Source: Myxococcales bacterium (GTDB lineage: Bacteria > Myxococcota_A > Bradymonadia > UBA7976 > UBA1532). Taken from it: 64,000 nucleotides of DNA. Made by a program: the position numbers and the translations under genes. How positions within the stretch are numbered: the first letter of the stretch is position 1; every line of letters begins with the position of its first letter. This document shows positions 30,646 through 40,597 of the stretch, in pieces. Under the pieces are notes generated by a model. That model did not search any database, was not told the origin of the DNA, and saw only the letters and a list, made by a program, of their open reading frames with translations. The stretch is taken from assembly GCA_009692505.1 (NCBI GenBank), contig SHZC01000006.1, positions 1,583 through 65,582 of the forward strand, read 5' to 3'.

Positions 30646-31617
30646 TTGAGACCTTATGCCGCGCTCCTCGTGGGTGACGAGCTGCGGTCGGTCCACCGCG
30701 CCGTCGTCTGCACGGGCGGGTCTGTGATGCTGGCGGCGAACTTCGAGGACGCCAGACGGCGGGTGTTGGAGCAGCCCTTCAAGTACCTGATCGTGCATCT
30801 AGGGGACGACCTTCGCGGGCGGCTCATCGAGGTGGCCGCGTTTCATCGCGAGCACCCGCTGGTCCATCCCATCCTGCTCGCAGTGCCGACCCCGGCCGCC
30901 GACTGGAGCCTCCTGCTCGAGGAGGTCTGCGCCGAGATCGTCTTGTCGACGGAGAGCCCGTGGTTCGAAAGCGAGCTGCTCGCCACCTTGCGTAAGCTCG
31001 AGCATCAGCTCTCCTTCGGCCCCTCCGTCTACCTGCCGGGCAGCGCGAGGATCTTCGAGGTCCTTGTCACGTCGAGTCAGGACAAGGTCAAGATCCTTGA
31101 CCAAGTGAGCGGCTTCCTCACGGAGCTGGCGATCGGTGGCCGGAGCGTGCGCCGCGTCCTGGACGTCGTCGACGAGCTGGTCATGAACGCGGTCTACGAC
31201 GCCCCGGTGGACGCCCAAGGCCACGCGCTCTACGCGGGTCTATCCCGAAGCACGCCGGTCATCCTGCGGAGTCAGGAGCGCGCGATCTTCAGCTACGGCA
31301 GCGACGGACGCACCCTCGCGCTCTCCATCAGCGACCCCTTCGGCGGTCTGTCCATCTCGACCTTTCGTCGCTACATCGCCAAGGGTCTGCGCGGCGGAAA
31401 CGACCAGATTGATCAGAAGGACGGCGGCGCGGGCCTCGGCCTCTACCTTCAGTTCGAGAACGTCGGCAGCCTCTGCCTCAACGTCCAGCCCGGTCTTCGC
31501 ACCGAGGTCGTGGGCCTGCTCGACGTGAGCGGCAGCTACCGCGAAATGAGCACCACGCCCAAGTCGCTGTCCTGCTTCCGTATCGGGGGATCAGGGCTCG
31601 GGCGCGAACCGGAATAA
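30646..31617 (+). CDS. Pseudo-receiver domain + GHKL histidine-kinase-like ATPase (anti-sigma/partner-switching-like)
   Basis: Receiver-like N-terminus lacking the phospho-acceptor Asp (LIVHLGDD); C-terminal HATPase_c motifs (ELVMNAV..D, DGGAGLGLYL). Confidence 0.5.
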   Translation: MRPYAALLVGDELRSVHRAVVCTGGSVMLAANFEDARRRVLEQPFKYLIVHLGDDLRGRLIEVAAFHREHPLVHPILLAVPTPAADWSLLLEEVCAEIVLSTESPWFESELLATLRKLEHQLSFGPSVYLPGSARIFEVLVTSSQDKVKILDQVSGFLTELAIGGRSVRRVLDVVDELVMNAVYDAPVDAQGHALYAGLSRSTPVILRSQERAIFSYGSDGRTLALSISDPFGGLSISTFRRYIAKGLRGGNDQIDQKDGGAGLGLYLQFENVGSLCLNVQPGLRTEVVGLLDVSGSYREMSTTPKSLSCFRIGGSGLGREPE

Positions 31618-33540
31618 GAAGTCGATCGGCAGGCCGCCGATGTTGGTCGAGGCCGTCGCTCGAAGCTCTGGCGTGAGACCATCCTCGGCGAGGTCGACGA
31701 TGAAGTCGGCCTCCTCGATCAGGTTGCCGCAGTCGGCGGTGAGGTGCGCGGGCGTATTCAGATCGCCTGGGATCGCCTCGCCGGAGATGGACGAGGAGAG
31801 GGGCGCGTCGAACATCTGCCCGCTGTCCAAAGCGACGTGAACCGTCGTCTCGAAGTCGAAGTAGACGCGCAGGTCTGCCTCGAGTCGGGCGTAGCCGCGG
31901 GCGAGAATCCGGCTCGTCGCCGCGTCGATCCGACCGAGGGGCGTATCGAAGCGCGCCATGAACACGTCACCACCCGTCAGGCGCCAGCGGCCAGCGTTGT
32001 ATCGGCCGTCGCCTTCGAGCGCGGGCACGCGTCCCTCGAGCACTTGTCCATCGACCCAAGTCCGGACGAGCGTCTCCTCGTCGGGGCTCGCGCAGTCGCC
32101 GGGGATCTGCGGGGTCGGCGCGGCCTGCGGGGGGGGGCCGCCGTTGCAGAAGGGCGAGCCGACGGGGGGCGTCGTATACACGAAGTTGAAGCACATCTCG
32201 TCTTCGGTCCGCGGCCCGAACCGCACGTCTCGACCGCTGATATTGTCGAACGTGCAGCTCGTGTGAATCGCGTCCCCAGCCTCCAGTCGGACGGGCGTGT
32301 CGTAGAGGAACTGGGCCTCGAAGTTCCAGCCTCGCAGCGAGATCAGCGGCTCCTCTTCACCGTCGGCGCGGAGCAGCGTGCTCTCCAGCGCGTAGCCGAG
32401 CTCGTGCATGTGTGGCCAGCTCGACAGGACGTCGACCGCGACGGGCAGCGTGCACCAGCTCTCCACGGTGGTCCGGGTGTTCGCCGCCAGCTCGAAGCCC
32501 GTATTGCCCAGGGCCGTCAACCCATACTCCGGCCCGACCGGATCGGCGTGGTAGACCCGCACGCCGCTGGAGTCCCGCACGTCGGCAAAGCCGCCGCCGT
32601 TATTGTAGTGAATCTGAAGCAGGAAGCGTTCGCCGCCGCTGGCCCTCACGCCCCCTTGGGGGAACTGTAGCGCCCCCATGCCCGGGCCCCAGGCGTAGAT
32701 CCAGTTCTCGAAGATGCCGCCGCAATCAAAGGCCACGCCGTCTGGGGCGTCGGCGGGGCCCTTCATGAGCACGAAGTGATGGACGACCCTCGCGTCGTCG
32801 AGCACGGGCTCGATGCGGCGAATGAAACGATCGCCCTGACCGGGGACGGTGAACGCGAAGCAGATGTAGGGGTTTCGGTCGTTTTGACCGAGCGCGTACT
32901 CATTGGCGACCACGTCAAAGAACGGCAGGCCCACAGGGGCCTCGGCCGGGGCGGGCAGGGGATCGGCGGAGACCTCGAGCCCCGCGGGCCCGGGGGGCGG
33001 ATCCGGGTTCTCGGCGCGGCACGAGGCCCAGCTCAAGAGGGCCTCGCGGTGGTGCAGGGTGAGCAGCGGCTGGCTGCGTGGGGGCATCGTCCCGACGTCG
33101 ACGCGCGCATAGAGCCGGTCGACGAGGCGCGAGCCCGGCGGGCCTGAGAGCAGGCTGTCGTAGTCGGTCAGCGTGTGGGCCGCGCCGTAGAGGGGGGCTT
33201 CGCCGTGGCACGTCCCGCAGCGCGCCGCGACGACGTCGGAGACGCCGCTCTCCCAGACTTGACGATCGGGCACGCAGTCGCCGGGCAGTGCCTGATCCGG
33301 TCCATCGAGTGAGGGCGTGCCGTCTTGCAGGCGCGCCGAGGCGTCGTCCGTCGCTGCCGTTCGGTCGCCCATCGCGCGGTCTGACGCTCGGTCTGACGCA
33401 CGGGCGGCATCGCTTTGGCCGAGATCAACGACGGCCTCGGGGGCCTCGGGTTGTGAGACCCCGCCGCCCTGATCGACGCAGCCCCCGAGGGCCCAAAGCG
33501 CAGCACATATTAGAGTCGTTCGAAGCACCGTTCGTCGCAT
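31591..33540 (-). CDS. Lipoprotein: N-terminal CxxCH heme-binding motif + copper type II ascorbate-dependent monooxygenase (PHM/DBH)-like domain
   Basis: Lipobox LICAALWALGGC; CGTCHG; candidate Cu-ligand clusters HHFVLM, QIHY, WPHMHELGY; the domain assignment is tentative. Confidence 0.45.
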   Translation of the reverse strand: MRRTVLRTTLICAALWALGGCVDQGGGVSQPEAPEAVVDLGQSDAARASDRASDRAMGDRTAATDDASARLQDGTPSLDGPDQALPGDCVPDRQVWESGVSDVVAARCGTCHGEAPLYGAAHTLTDYDSLLSGPPGSRLVDRLYARVDVGTMPPRSQPLLTLHHREALLSWASCRAENPDPPPGPAGLEVSADPLPAPAEAPVGLPFFDVVANEYALGQNDRNPYICFAFTVPGQGDRFIRRIEPVLDDARVVHHFVLMKGPADAPDGVAFDCGGIFENWIYAWGPGMGALQFPQGGVRASGGERFLLQIHYNNGGGFADVRDSSGVRVYHADPVGPEYGLTALGNTGFELAANTRTTVESWCTLPVAVDVLSSWPHMHELGYALESTLLRADGEEEPLISLRGWNFEAQFLYDTPVRLEAGDAIHTSCTFDNISGRDVRFGPRTEDEMCFNFVYTTPPVGSPFCNGGPPPQAAPTPQIPGDCASPDEETLVRTWVDGQVLEGRVPALEGDGRYNAGRWRLTGGDVFMARFDTPLGRIDAATSRILARGYARLEADLRVYFDFETTVHVALDSGQMFDAPLSSSISGEAIPGDLNTPAHLTADCGNLIEEADFIVDLAEDGLTPELRATASTNIGGLPIDFLFRFAPEP

Positions 33541-33627
33541 GGAACCTCCGCGCGGCACTCTAGCCGACTTCAGCGGCTCGGCGCATCATGGGCGGCTCGG
33601 CGCATCATGCGCGGTTCGGAGGATCCG

Positions 33628-35217
33628 ATGCGCTCGATCATTTTTGCCATTGCCCTGCTCGGCTGCGAAGCCCGACCCATGAACGCTGGGCACTTGCCGG
33701 ACCCCCTCGAGGTCATCTTGCAGAGCGTGGTCGTCTGCGCGGAAGGCGAGACGCTGCCGGGTATCGACGTCTCGTACTACCAGGACCGCATCGATTGGGA
33801 CGCCGTCGCCGGAGACGGGATCCGCTTCGCCATTGTCCGCGTGAGCGACGGCGTGGGCTTCGAGGATCCGGAGTTCGACCGCAACTGGGCCGAGGCGCGG
33901 CGCGTCGGGATTGTCAGGGGGGTTTACCAATTTTTCCGCCCGAACCAAGACCCGATCGATCAGGCCGATCTGCTCCTCCGGCGTATGGGTCCGCTGCAGC
34001 CCGGTGATCTGCCCCCGGTCATCGACGTCGAGGCGACGGGAGACCGAAGCCCGGCCCAGGTCGCCGCAGCGATCCGCATCTGGATCGACCACGTCGAGGC
34101 CGAGCTCGGTATGCGGCCCATCATCTACTCGGGTCTGTACTTCTGGCGTGACAACGTCCAGAGCGACGACTTCGCCGACTACCCCTTCTGGATCGCCCAA
34201 TACGGCCGGGAGTGCCCGGACATCCCCGAGCCCTGGGTCAGGTGGGCGTTTTTTCAGACGTCGTCGACGGGTCGGATCGCGGGCATAGAGGGGAACGTGG
34301 ACACGAATCTGTTCAACGGCGGACTGGCCGAGTTCGACGGGTTCGTGGGCCGCGAGCCGGTCTGCGGCGATGGGTACTGTAGCGGCGGCGAGGCTTATGC
34401 GACGTGCGCTGAGGACTGCCCCATCTGCGAGCCGGTGCCCGCGGCCGGGCGAGTCGTCGAAGAAGATGAGCTCTGCTTCGCACTACACGGCCCCGCTGGC
34501 GGCTGGCGGCGCGTCGCGGGCGGCTCGGGCGGCTCGATGATCTGGACACACGCCGTCGACGGCGAGACCGCGAACTGGGCGGCGTGGAACTTCGACCTCG
34601 CCGAAGCCGGGCGCTACCGCCTCTCGGTCTTCACCCCCGGCCCCCACAATGAGTCCCAGCAGGCTCTGTATACCGTCGCGCACGCTGGGGTCGTGGACGA
34701 GGTTCGGCTCGATCAGTCGGCGGACACCGGCTGGCAGGTGCTCGGGGAGTACGCCTTCGAGGCCGGCGCCGACCAGTCCCTGAGGCTCGAGGATGGGACC
34801 GGGGAGCCGCTCGCGGGCATGGTCCAGATTGTCTTTGACGCGGTGAAGTTGGAGCGGCTCGATCTCGCGCCTGATGCCGGGCCTGGCCCTGATGCCGCGG
34901 CCCCGCGTATTGACGCCGCCCAGCCCCCGCCGGAGGACAGCGGGGCCATGAGCCAGGACGTCTCGACCTCGGAGGGGGCCGATCTATCAGGCGGCGAGGC
35001 GGACGGGTCGGGGCCACAGGCCGACGCCGCTGGCCCCGGTTTTGACGTCGTGGACGCTGGCAAGGACGGTGCTTCGGCCTCACCGATGTCACCGAACTTG
35101 GGGGGCCGAGGCACCGCGAGCTTCGCCGGTGGCTGCGCGATGGCGCCGAGTCCGGCCCCGTTTGCCGTGTGCGCGCTGCTCCTCTATCGCCGGTCCCGGA
35201 GACGGTCCTTGCCCTGA
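33628..35217 (+). CDS. GH25 family muramidase (lysozyme) with Cys-rich middle domain and MYXO-CTERM anchor
   Basis: GIDVSYYQDRIDWDAV...FAIVRVSDG...DTNLFNG is the GH25 signature; the C-terminus is GGCAMAPSPAPFAVCALLLYRRSRRRS. Confidence 0.75.
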   Translation: MRSIIFAIALLGCEARPMNAGHLPDPLEVILQSVVVCAEGETLPGIDVSYYQDRIDWDAVAGDGIRFAIVRVSDGVGFEDPEFDRNWAEARRVGIVRGVYQFFRPNQDPIDQADLLLRRMGPLQPGDLPPVIDVEATGDRSPAQVAAAIRIWIDHVEAELGMRPIIYSGLYFWRDNVQSDDFADYPFWIAQYGRECPDIPEPWVRWAFFQTSSTGRIAGIEGNVDTNLFNGGLAEFDGFVGREPVCGDGYCSGGEAYATCAEDCPICEPVPAAGRVVEEDELCFALHGPAGGWRRVAGGSGGSMIWTHAVDGETANWAAWNFDLAEAGRYRLSVFTPGPHNESQQALYTVAHAGVVDEVRLDQSADTGWQVLGEYAFEAGADQSLRLEDGTGEPLAGMVQIVFDAVKLERLDLAPDAGPGPDAAAPRIDAAQPPPEDSGAMSQDVSTSEGADLSGGEADGSGPQADAAGPGFDVVDAGKDGASASPMSPNLGGRGTASFAGGCAMAPSPAPFAVCALLLYRRSRRRSLP

Positions 35218-35225
35218 CCGCCGCT

Positions 35226-36140
35226 TCAGAGGCCCAGGGCGGCCTTCAACTGCGCCGATCCGTCTCTCCCCGCGCCCTGCTCCGCGAGCCCTCGCAGGAG
35301 CTTGACCCGCGGGCTCTGGTCTTCGAGTGCCGACAGTGCCTGCGCGGCCTCGTCGTGGCGCCCGAGCTTCATCAGCGCGACGGCTTGGGCGAAACGGAGG
35401 CGAAAGTCGCTGCCCGCGACCGGGGACAAGGTCTCGAGTGCCCGCGTCGGGTCACCGCCACGCAGTGCGAAGAGGCCTCGGCAGGCGGCGGCGGCCGTGG
35501 CTTCGGAGGGCTTGGCCGCGCGGACCTTCACAAGCGCGTCGTAGGCCTCGATCAGTCGCGCCAGGTCTCCATCGGACGCGACTTGGCTCTCGGCCCAGAA
35601 GGCCTCCAGGATCTTGGCATACGCGGCGGTCAAGGGGCCGAGCACCTTCTCACGCTCTGCTTCGAGATCGGGATCGATGTAGCCCCTGGCCAAGGCCTCG
35701 GCGAACTGCGTCACGGCGGCTGTGAAGTCCCCCGAGGCGGCTTTGACCTGCGCTCTGGCCACGAGCGCGGCGGTGACGGCCGGTGGACCCTCTGGGGGAG
35801 GGACTCGCACCTGCTTGAGAGCGTGGGCCAGCTCCGCCTCGATCTTCTGGCGATCGTCAGACAAGGGCCGGAGGAGAAGGTAGAAGCGGTAGGCCACAAT
35901 GGCCGTCTCAAGATCGTCGACCCAGATCTTGGCCCGGGCCAAGTCGCGGTACAGCGTCGCCTCCTTCGGGGTCTCCTGAACCGCGAGCAGATACGCCGCC
36001 GCGGCCTCTCGATATTGGCCGGCGTTGTAGTGCTCTCGAGCCTTGGCCGCGGTGGGGGCTTGGGCGTGCGCGGACACCGATACAGACAGGAAGGCGAGCT
36101 GCGTACTCAGCACGAGGCAGAGCGGGAGTTTGAACTTCAA
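35226..36140 (-). CDS. Secreted TPR-like helical repeat protein
   Basis: Signal peptide MKFKLPLCLVLSTQLAFLSVSVSAHA; Ala-rich helical repeats; its start overlaps the stop of the upstream PEGA gene. Confidence 0.55.
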   Translation of the reverse strand: MKFKLPLCLVLSTQLAFLSVSVSAHAQAPTAAKAREHYNAGQYREAAAAYLLAVQETPKEATLYRDLARAKIWVDDLETAIVAYRFYLLLRPLSDDRQKIEAELAHALKQVRVPPPEGPPAVTAALVARAQVKAASGDFTAAVTQFAEALARGYIDPDLEAEREKVLGPLTAAYAKILEAFWAESQVASDGDLARLIEAYDALVKVRAAKPSEATAAAACRGLFALRGGDPTRALETLSPVAGSDFRLRFAQAVALMKLGRHDEAAQALSALEDQSPRVKLLRGLAEQGAGRDGSAQLKAALGL

Positions 36141-37630
36141 GGCTTCAGCTCCGGTTTCGGGGGCGTCTCGTCTTCGAAGAGGCTGAAGCTGCGACCGGCA
36201 CCCACGAGGAAGGCCGCCGACGGTCGGGTGGACGGGCCAGCATCAAACTGACCTGCCACGTTGATGACCCACTCGTCGTTGATCTGGTGCCGCACCCCGA
36301 GCTCGCCCCCAAAGGTGAGCAGCCAGTGGTTGATGCTCTCATCGGAACCCCGAGCCGCCGTGCCTAAGCGAATCTTGGAGACGAAGCTCTCCCGGACGGC
36401 GGCCGCCCCCCCCCGAAGGTAGGGGTCGAACCGCCAGCGGGGGTAATGCAGGCCCACCCACGCGCCCCGGAGCTGCAGACGCGACAGCTTGTCGAACTCC
36501 CCTTGCGCGCCGCTCCGAAGGCTCGATTTCTGGGGGTCGCCGCCCGTGGAATAGGACAGCCCCAGCGCCTCGACCTCGAGGAAACGAGAACGCCACGTCA
36601 GCCCGGCGTCGAAGCCACCGAGCGTCTCCGAGTCGTCAACCGCTTTGACGAAAAACGTATCGGGGCCCGCGCCGACTTCGCCGTCAGAGACCCACGTCAT
36701 TCGTCCGGCCAGCCGCGCGATCCAGGCATGGCGGCGAACGTCGGGGTGAACGTCGCCGAGGCGGTCGGCGAAGTCGGCGGCGAGGCCTTCGAGATCGGCG
36801 CGCACCTCCGTCTCTCGACCCGCGAGGCAGTCGACGGTCTGATCGTCGGTGCGGTAGCCGTCCGCGCTGATGCGAAGGGCGTGGGGTCCGGGGCGCACCT
36901 CATAGACCCCCGGCGAGTCGGCGAACCGCTCGCCGTCGAGTCGAACGCGGGCATGGGTGGGGGCATAGACGAGGCGGAGGCGGGTCGCCCGAGGCAGGAG
37001 CTTGAACGTCACGGTCGCCACATCGCCGGGCGAGACGTTGATGGCGACCTCGTTCCCGTCGTAGCCGTCTTGCGTGGCCCGAACCCGGTGCGCGCCCGGG
37101 CCGACCCCATAGTCGCCGGGGCCCACGCCCAAGGGCGCGTCGTCGACCATGATGGTGGCGGTCGGCGGCTCGACCACGGCGCGAACAATCGCTTGTCCTT
37201 CGAGAGAGCTCATGGCCTTTCGCAGGGCCTCGCCGACGTCGCTCCCACGAGCGGCGTGGGTTTGGATTCGGAGAGCCGGGTCCGCCGGCGTCAGCGTGAG
37301 TGTCACGATCATGCCGCCGTCTGCGCGCTCGGCGGTCGCGTCAATCCGCGCGGCGAGGCCGAGCGCGGTGAGCATGGCGCGGTCGGGTTCCTCGCAGGCC
37401 ACCTCGTCGATGATGCAGCCCAATGGGTTCGTGGGCGTGGTGGTCTTCAGGAAGCCGTCGATGGCCGCGCCCGTGACCAAGTGACCAGAGGGCGGCTTCG
37501 CCGAGACGGCGGCCCGGAGCGTCGCCGCGTTTTCATCGGGGAATCGCCAGACAACCGGCTCCGGCTTTCGCACGACGTGGCTAGACGCGGACAGCGCGAG
37601 GAGGGCAGCGAGGAGGGCATGGGAGAGCAT
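36137..37630 (-). CDS. Secreted PEGA-domain protein with C-terminal beta-barrel-like region
   Basis: Signal peptide; PEGA-like segments (VRATQDGYDGNEVAINVSPGD, ISADGYRTDDQTVD); the C-terminus alternates hydrophobic residues. Confidence 0.5.
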   Translation of the reverse strand: MLSHALLAALLALSASSHVVRKPEPVVWRFPDENAATLRAAVSAKPPSGHLVTGAAIDGFLKTTTPTNPLGCIIDEVACEEPDRAMLTALGLAARIDATAERADGGMIVTLTLTPADPALRIQTHAARGSDVGEALRKAMSSLEGQAIVRAVVEPPTATIMVDDAPLGVGPGDYGVGPGAHRVRATQDGYDGNEVAINVSPGDVATVTFKLLPRATRLRLVYAPTHARVRLDGERFADSPGVYEVRPGPHALRISADGYRTDDQTVDCLAGRETEVRADLEGLAADFADRLGDVHPDVRRHAWIARLAGRMTWVSDGEVGAGPDTFFVKAVDDSETLGGFDAGLTWRSRFLEVEALGLSYSTGGDPQKSSLRSGAQGEFDKLSRLQLRGAWVGLHYPRWRFDPYLRGGAAAVRESFVSKIRLGTAARGSDESINHWLLTFGGELGVRHQINDEWVINVAGQFDAGPSTRPSAAFLVGAGRSFSLFEDETPPKPELKP

Positions 37631-37731
37631 GGCGCGGGACTCTATATAAAAACGGCGGCCGGGTGAAAGCCGCCCCTCGCCTTGCGACCGCGCGGGGCGC
37701 TGACCTACTGTAAGGGTCCGATCCCATCACC

Positions 37732-38211
37732 GTGCTTCCGAGGTTTGACGTGATACGCCGCCCTGCCCCAGCCATCCTCTGCGTCAGCCTCCTCCTCGTC
37801 TCGACGACCGGCTGTGAAGAGGAGAAGAAGATCCCTCCGCCGAACCCGGTCACCATCGTCAGCGGCTCGGCGAAAGCCGTCTGCGCGAACATTGATCGGG
37901 CCTTCCTCTTGAATACCGTCGAGTTCATCGCCGAGGACAAAGACGGCGTCCAGGACATCGCCGACGTGTTCGTCTCGGTGGAGCGCAGCGCGACCCTGGA
38001 GACGGAGTCGACGCCGCCCCTGCCCCTGACCGCCGAGCTGATGGCTGAAGCGGGCGGGCCGGTCTTGCGCGTGAAGTACAGTTGGCAACGCCAGTCCGAC
38101 AACAATCAGGACTACTTCTGCGGGGACGGAACGCTGCTCGAGGTCTCAGCCACCGTGACGGACCTCGACGGCTTCGTCGCTCGGGTCTCGGTGGCCACCA
38201 AGCCGCTCTGA
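37732..38211 (+). CDS. Small lipoprotein, hypothetical
   Basis: Lipobox LLLVSTTGC; 159 aa; codon usage consistent with coding. Confidence 0.5.
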   Translation: MLPRFDVIRRPAPAILCVSLLLVSTTGCEEEKKIPPPNPVTIVSGSAKAVCANIDRAFLLNTVEFIAEDKDGVQDIADVFVSVERSATLETESTPPLPLTAELMAEAGGPVLRVKYSWQRQSDNNQDYFCGDGTLLEVSATVTDLDGFVARVSVATKPL

Positions 38212-38238
38212 ACCGCGACGGGTCCCGTCGCGGTCTGA

Positions 38239-40068
38239 CTACCGGCGCGTCCCGGCGAAGTCGCCGCTGAAGGGCGGGCCCTGATCGTTCTGGGTGCGGA
38301 TCACGCCGGTCCAGGTGCCCATCTCGAGCTTGTCGGCCTGGAGATCATTGCTCTCCTCGACGAAGGTCATGTGACCGGACATCGTGAGGCGCGTATCGAT
38401 CCGCAGGGTGCCGATGATGGCCTCGGCCCCGTCGCCGACGATCCCCATGATCGAAGTACACCAGCCCTCGATCGCGTCGCGGCTGACGATGTCCAAACCG
38501 GCGAGCCGGAGGTGGTCGTCACCGCCCGTGATGCCGTTGGCGAAGGCGGGGCAGTTCGCGAGGTTCAGCAGAGCCTCGCGCAGGCTGTGGGCCCCGTCGG
38601 CGATGGCCGGCAGCAGGAGGTTATTGAGGACGAACAGGATGAGACGGCCGTACTGAAGATCGATGACGTGGCTGTCAATCTCGCCTTGATTGTAGGTGTG
38701 GATGCGGCCGGTGAACTGGCCGAAGACGAGGTTGATGCCTTCAGACCCGGCGGCGACTTGCTCCATCGTGAAGGGATGGCGGCCGCAGTTCGGATCGGGG
38801 TTCCCGTCGCAACCCAGCGTCCAATAGAACGCCAGCCCGACCCAGCTCTGGGAGCCGTCGTACGTCCCGTCACCCCGAGGTTTGGTCAGCTGGACGACGC
38901 TGATCACCTCGAGGTTGGCCACGATCCGCATGAGGTCCTCACCGATGGTGAAGAAGCTCCGCACCCAGTCCGGCGCGTCCTGGTCGATGTAGTTGTTGAT
39001 GATGTCGTTGAGGTCGTCCTCGATAAAGCCGCGCACGATGTCGATGACGAAGCCGCCAATGGCACCGGCCGCTTGTCGGATCAGCTCCTCGACGAGATCG
39101 AAGATGACGCCGGCGATTTGTCGCTCGTTCTGCCCGTCGCCGAAGAAGCGAACGAGCGTGCGGACCACGTCGCCGAGGGTGCCGGGGATGGCATTGCGGA
39201 AGTCGAAATGATTAATCGTCTGGTATTCCCCGGCCGGGTTGAGCGGCAGGAGGAAGAGCGGGATCGTGATGTGCGTCGTGTCGTTGACCGGCAGCGTGAG
39301 GTCGCCGAAACACCCGCCGCCCGCGAGGACGCCGTTCGACTCCAGGCGCGCTCTCGCGACCACCGCCACGCGGGTACCCGAGACGAGCGGGCCGAAGGTG
39401 AGATCGTCGCCGATGTTGTTCGCGTTTTGACTCTCGAGCACGCCTTGGGGCGGCAGGAGAAAACCTGGCTGGTCGCAGAAGGAGGGGTCGTCGACGAGGT
39501 AGACCTCGATGGCCCCGAGACGCACGGGCCCGTTGTAATCGAAGTCCACCTCGATGCTCCCCGTGGGCAGCTCGAGGACGTGGATGACGAACTCGACCAC
39601 GCGCGTCTCACGGCCCCAAGCCTTCACGATGAGCTCGCTGGGTACGGAGGTGCCGGTGAGATCGATCGCCGCGTGACCGTTCATGTCGGTGACAGCCGCC
39701 TGCGCGGAGAGCTCGGCGTCGTCGGCCTCGCCGTCGATCGCGAACTGGATCGTCTCGCCGCCGACCGCCGCGCCGAGTGTATCGACGAGCAGAACCTGGA
39801 GCTCGACGGTCGAGGCGACGTTGATGGTCCGCTCGTCCTCCCCGTCGATGAGCAGGAGCATGACCGGCGGATCGGTCGACGGCGGCGGCTGGATCGGATT
39901 GCCGGCGTCGTCGAAAGTGATGGTCCGCTCGCCCTCAGGCACCAGCACGACCTTCTCCGGCGGCAGGTCGTCGGAGCAGCTCGTCAAGAGGGCCGCCGTC
40001 GCCGCAAACGCGAGGAGCGTCAGGAGGCGATGCGGAGCGAGAGGATGTCGGGAGAACGATTGGCTCAT
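38239..40068 (-). CDS. Large lipoprotein, hypothetical
   Basis: Lipobox LLTLLAFAATAALLTSC from the ATG at 40068; a 610-aa mature protein with no recognised catalytic motif. Confidence 0.55.
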   Translation of the reverse strand: MSQSFSRHPLAPHRLLTLLAFAATAALLTSCSDDLPPEKVVLVPEGERTITFDDAGNPIQPPPSTDPPVMLLLIDGEDERTINVASTVELQVLLVDTLGAAVGGETIQFAIDGEADDAELSAQAAVTDMNGHAAIDLTGTSVPSELIVKAWGRETRVVEFVIHVLELPTGSIEVDFDYNGPVRLGAIEVYLVDDPSFCDQPGFLLPPQGVLESQNANNIGDDLTFGPLVSGTRVAVVARARLESNGVLAGGGCFGDLTLPVNDTTHITIPLFLLPLNPAGEYQTINHFDFRNAIPGTLGDVVRTLVRFFGDGQNERQIAGVIFDLVEELIRQAAGAIGGFVIDIVRGFIEDDLNDIINNYIDQDAPDWVRSFFTIGEDLMRIVANLEVISVVQLTKPRGDGTYDGSQSWVGLAFYWTLGCDGNPDPNCGRHPFTMEQVAAGSEGINLVFGQFTGRIHTYNQGEIDSHVIDLQYGRLILFVLNNLLLPAIADGAHSLREALLNLANCPAFANGITGGDDHLRLAGLDIVSRDAIEGWCTSIMGIVGDGAEAIIGTLRIDTRLTMSGHMTFVEESNDLQADKLEMGTWTGVIRTQNDQGPPFSGDFAGTRR

Positions 40069-40102
40069 GGCAACCCCCAGTTGGCGGGCCAGCATAGCCG
40101 AT

Positions 40103-40597
40103 CTAACACTCGCCGGTGAACAGCTCCTCGAGCTCGGCGGCGACGTCGGTCTCGTCGCGTCGGGTGGCCAAGGACAGCTCCTTGACGAGCAGGGTCCGGG
40201 CCTGATCGAGCATCTTGCGCTCCCCGTAGCTGAGATCCTTATCGCCCTTCAGCCGATAGAGATCCCGCATGACCTGAGCGATCTCGTGGACCGACCCGGT
40301 CTTGAGCTTCTCCATATAGGCCCGGTACCGACGGTTCCAGGTCTTGTCTTCGGACTTGCGTCCGGCCTCTTTCAGGATTTGATAGACACCGGGCACCTCG
40401 GCGGGATTGATGACCTCTCTGAGGCCCACGCTCTCCGCCTTGTGGGTGGGAATCCGGATCGTCGTCCCATTCTCGACGAGGCGGAGCACGTAGACCTCAA
40501 TGGCCGCCGAGCCCACCTGAATCTGGCCGATATCGGTGATCTGCCCGATGCCCTGCCCCTGGTATACCGCCATGTCGCCAACCGCAAACTGAACCAT
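40103..40597 (-). CDS. cdnL: CarD_CdnL_TRCF family transcriptional regulator (CdnL)
   Basis: N-terminal RNAP-interacting domain FAVGDMAVYQGQGIGQI; about 165 aa, as for CdnL. Confidence 0.8.
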   Translation of the reverse strand: MVQFAVGDMAVYQGQGIGQITDIGQIQVGSAAIEVYVLRLVENGTTIRIPTHKAESVGLREVINPAEVPGVYQILKEAGRKSEDKTWNRRYRAYMEKLKTGSVHEIAQVMRDLYRLKGDKDLSYGERKMLDQARTLLVKELSLATRRDETDVAAELEELFTGEC

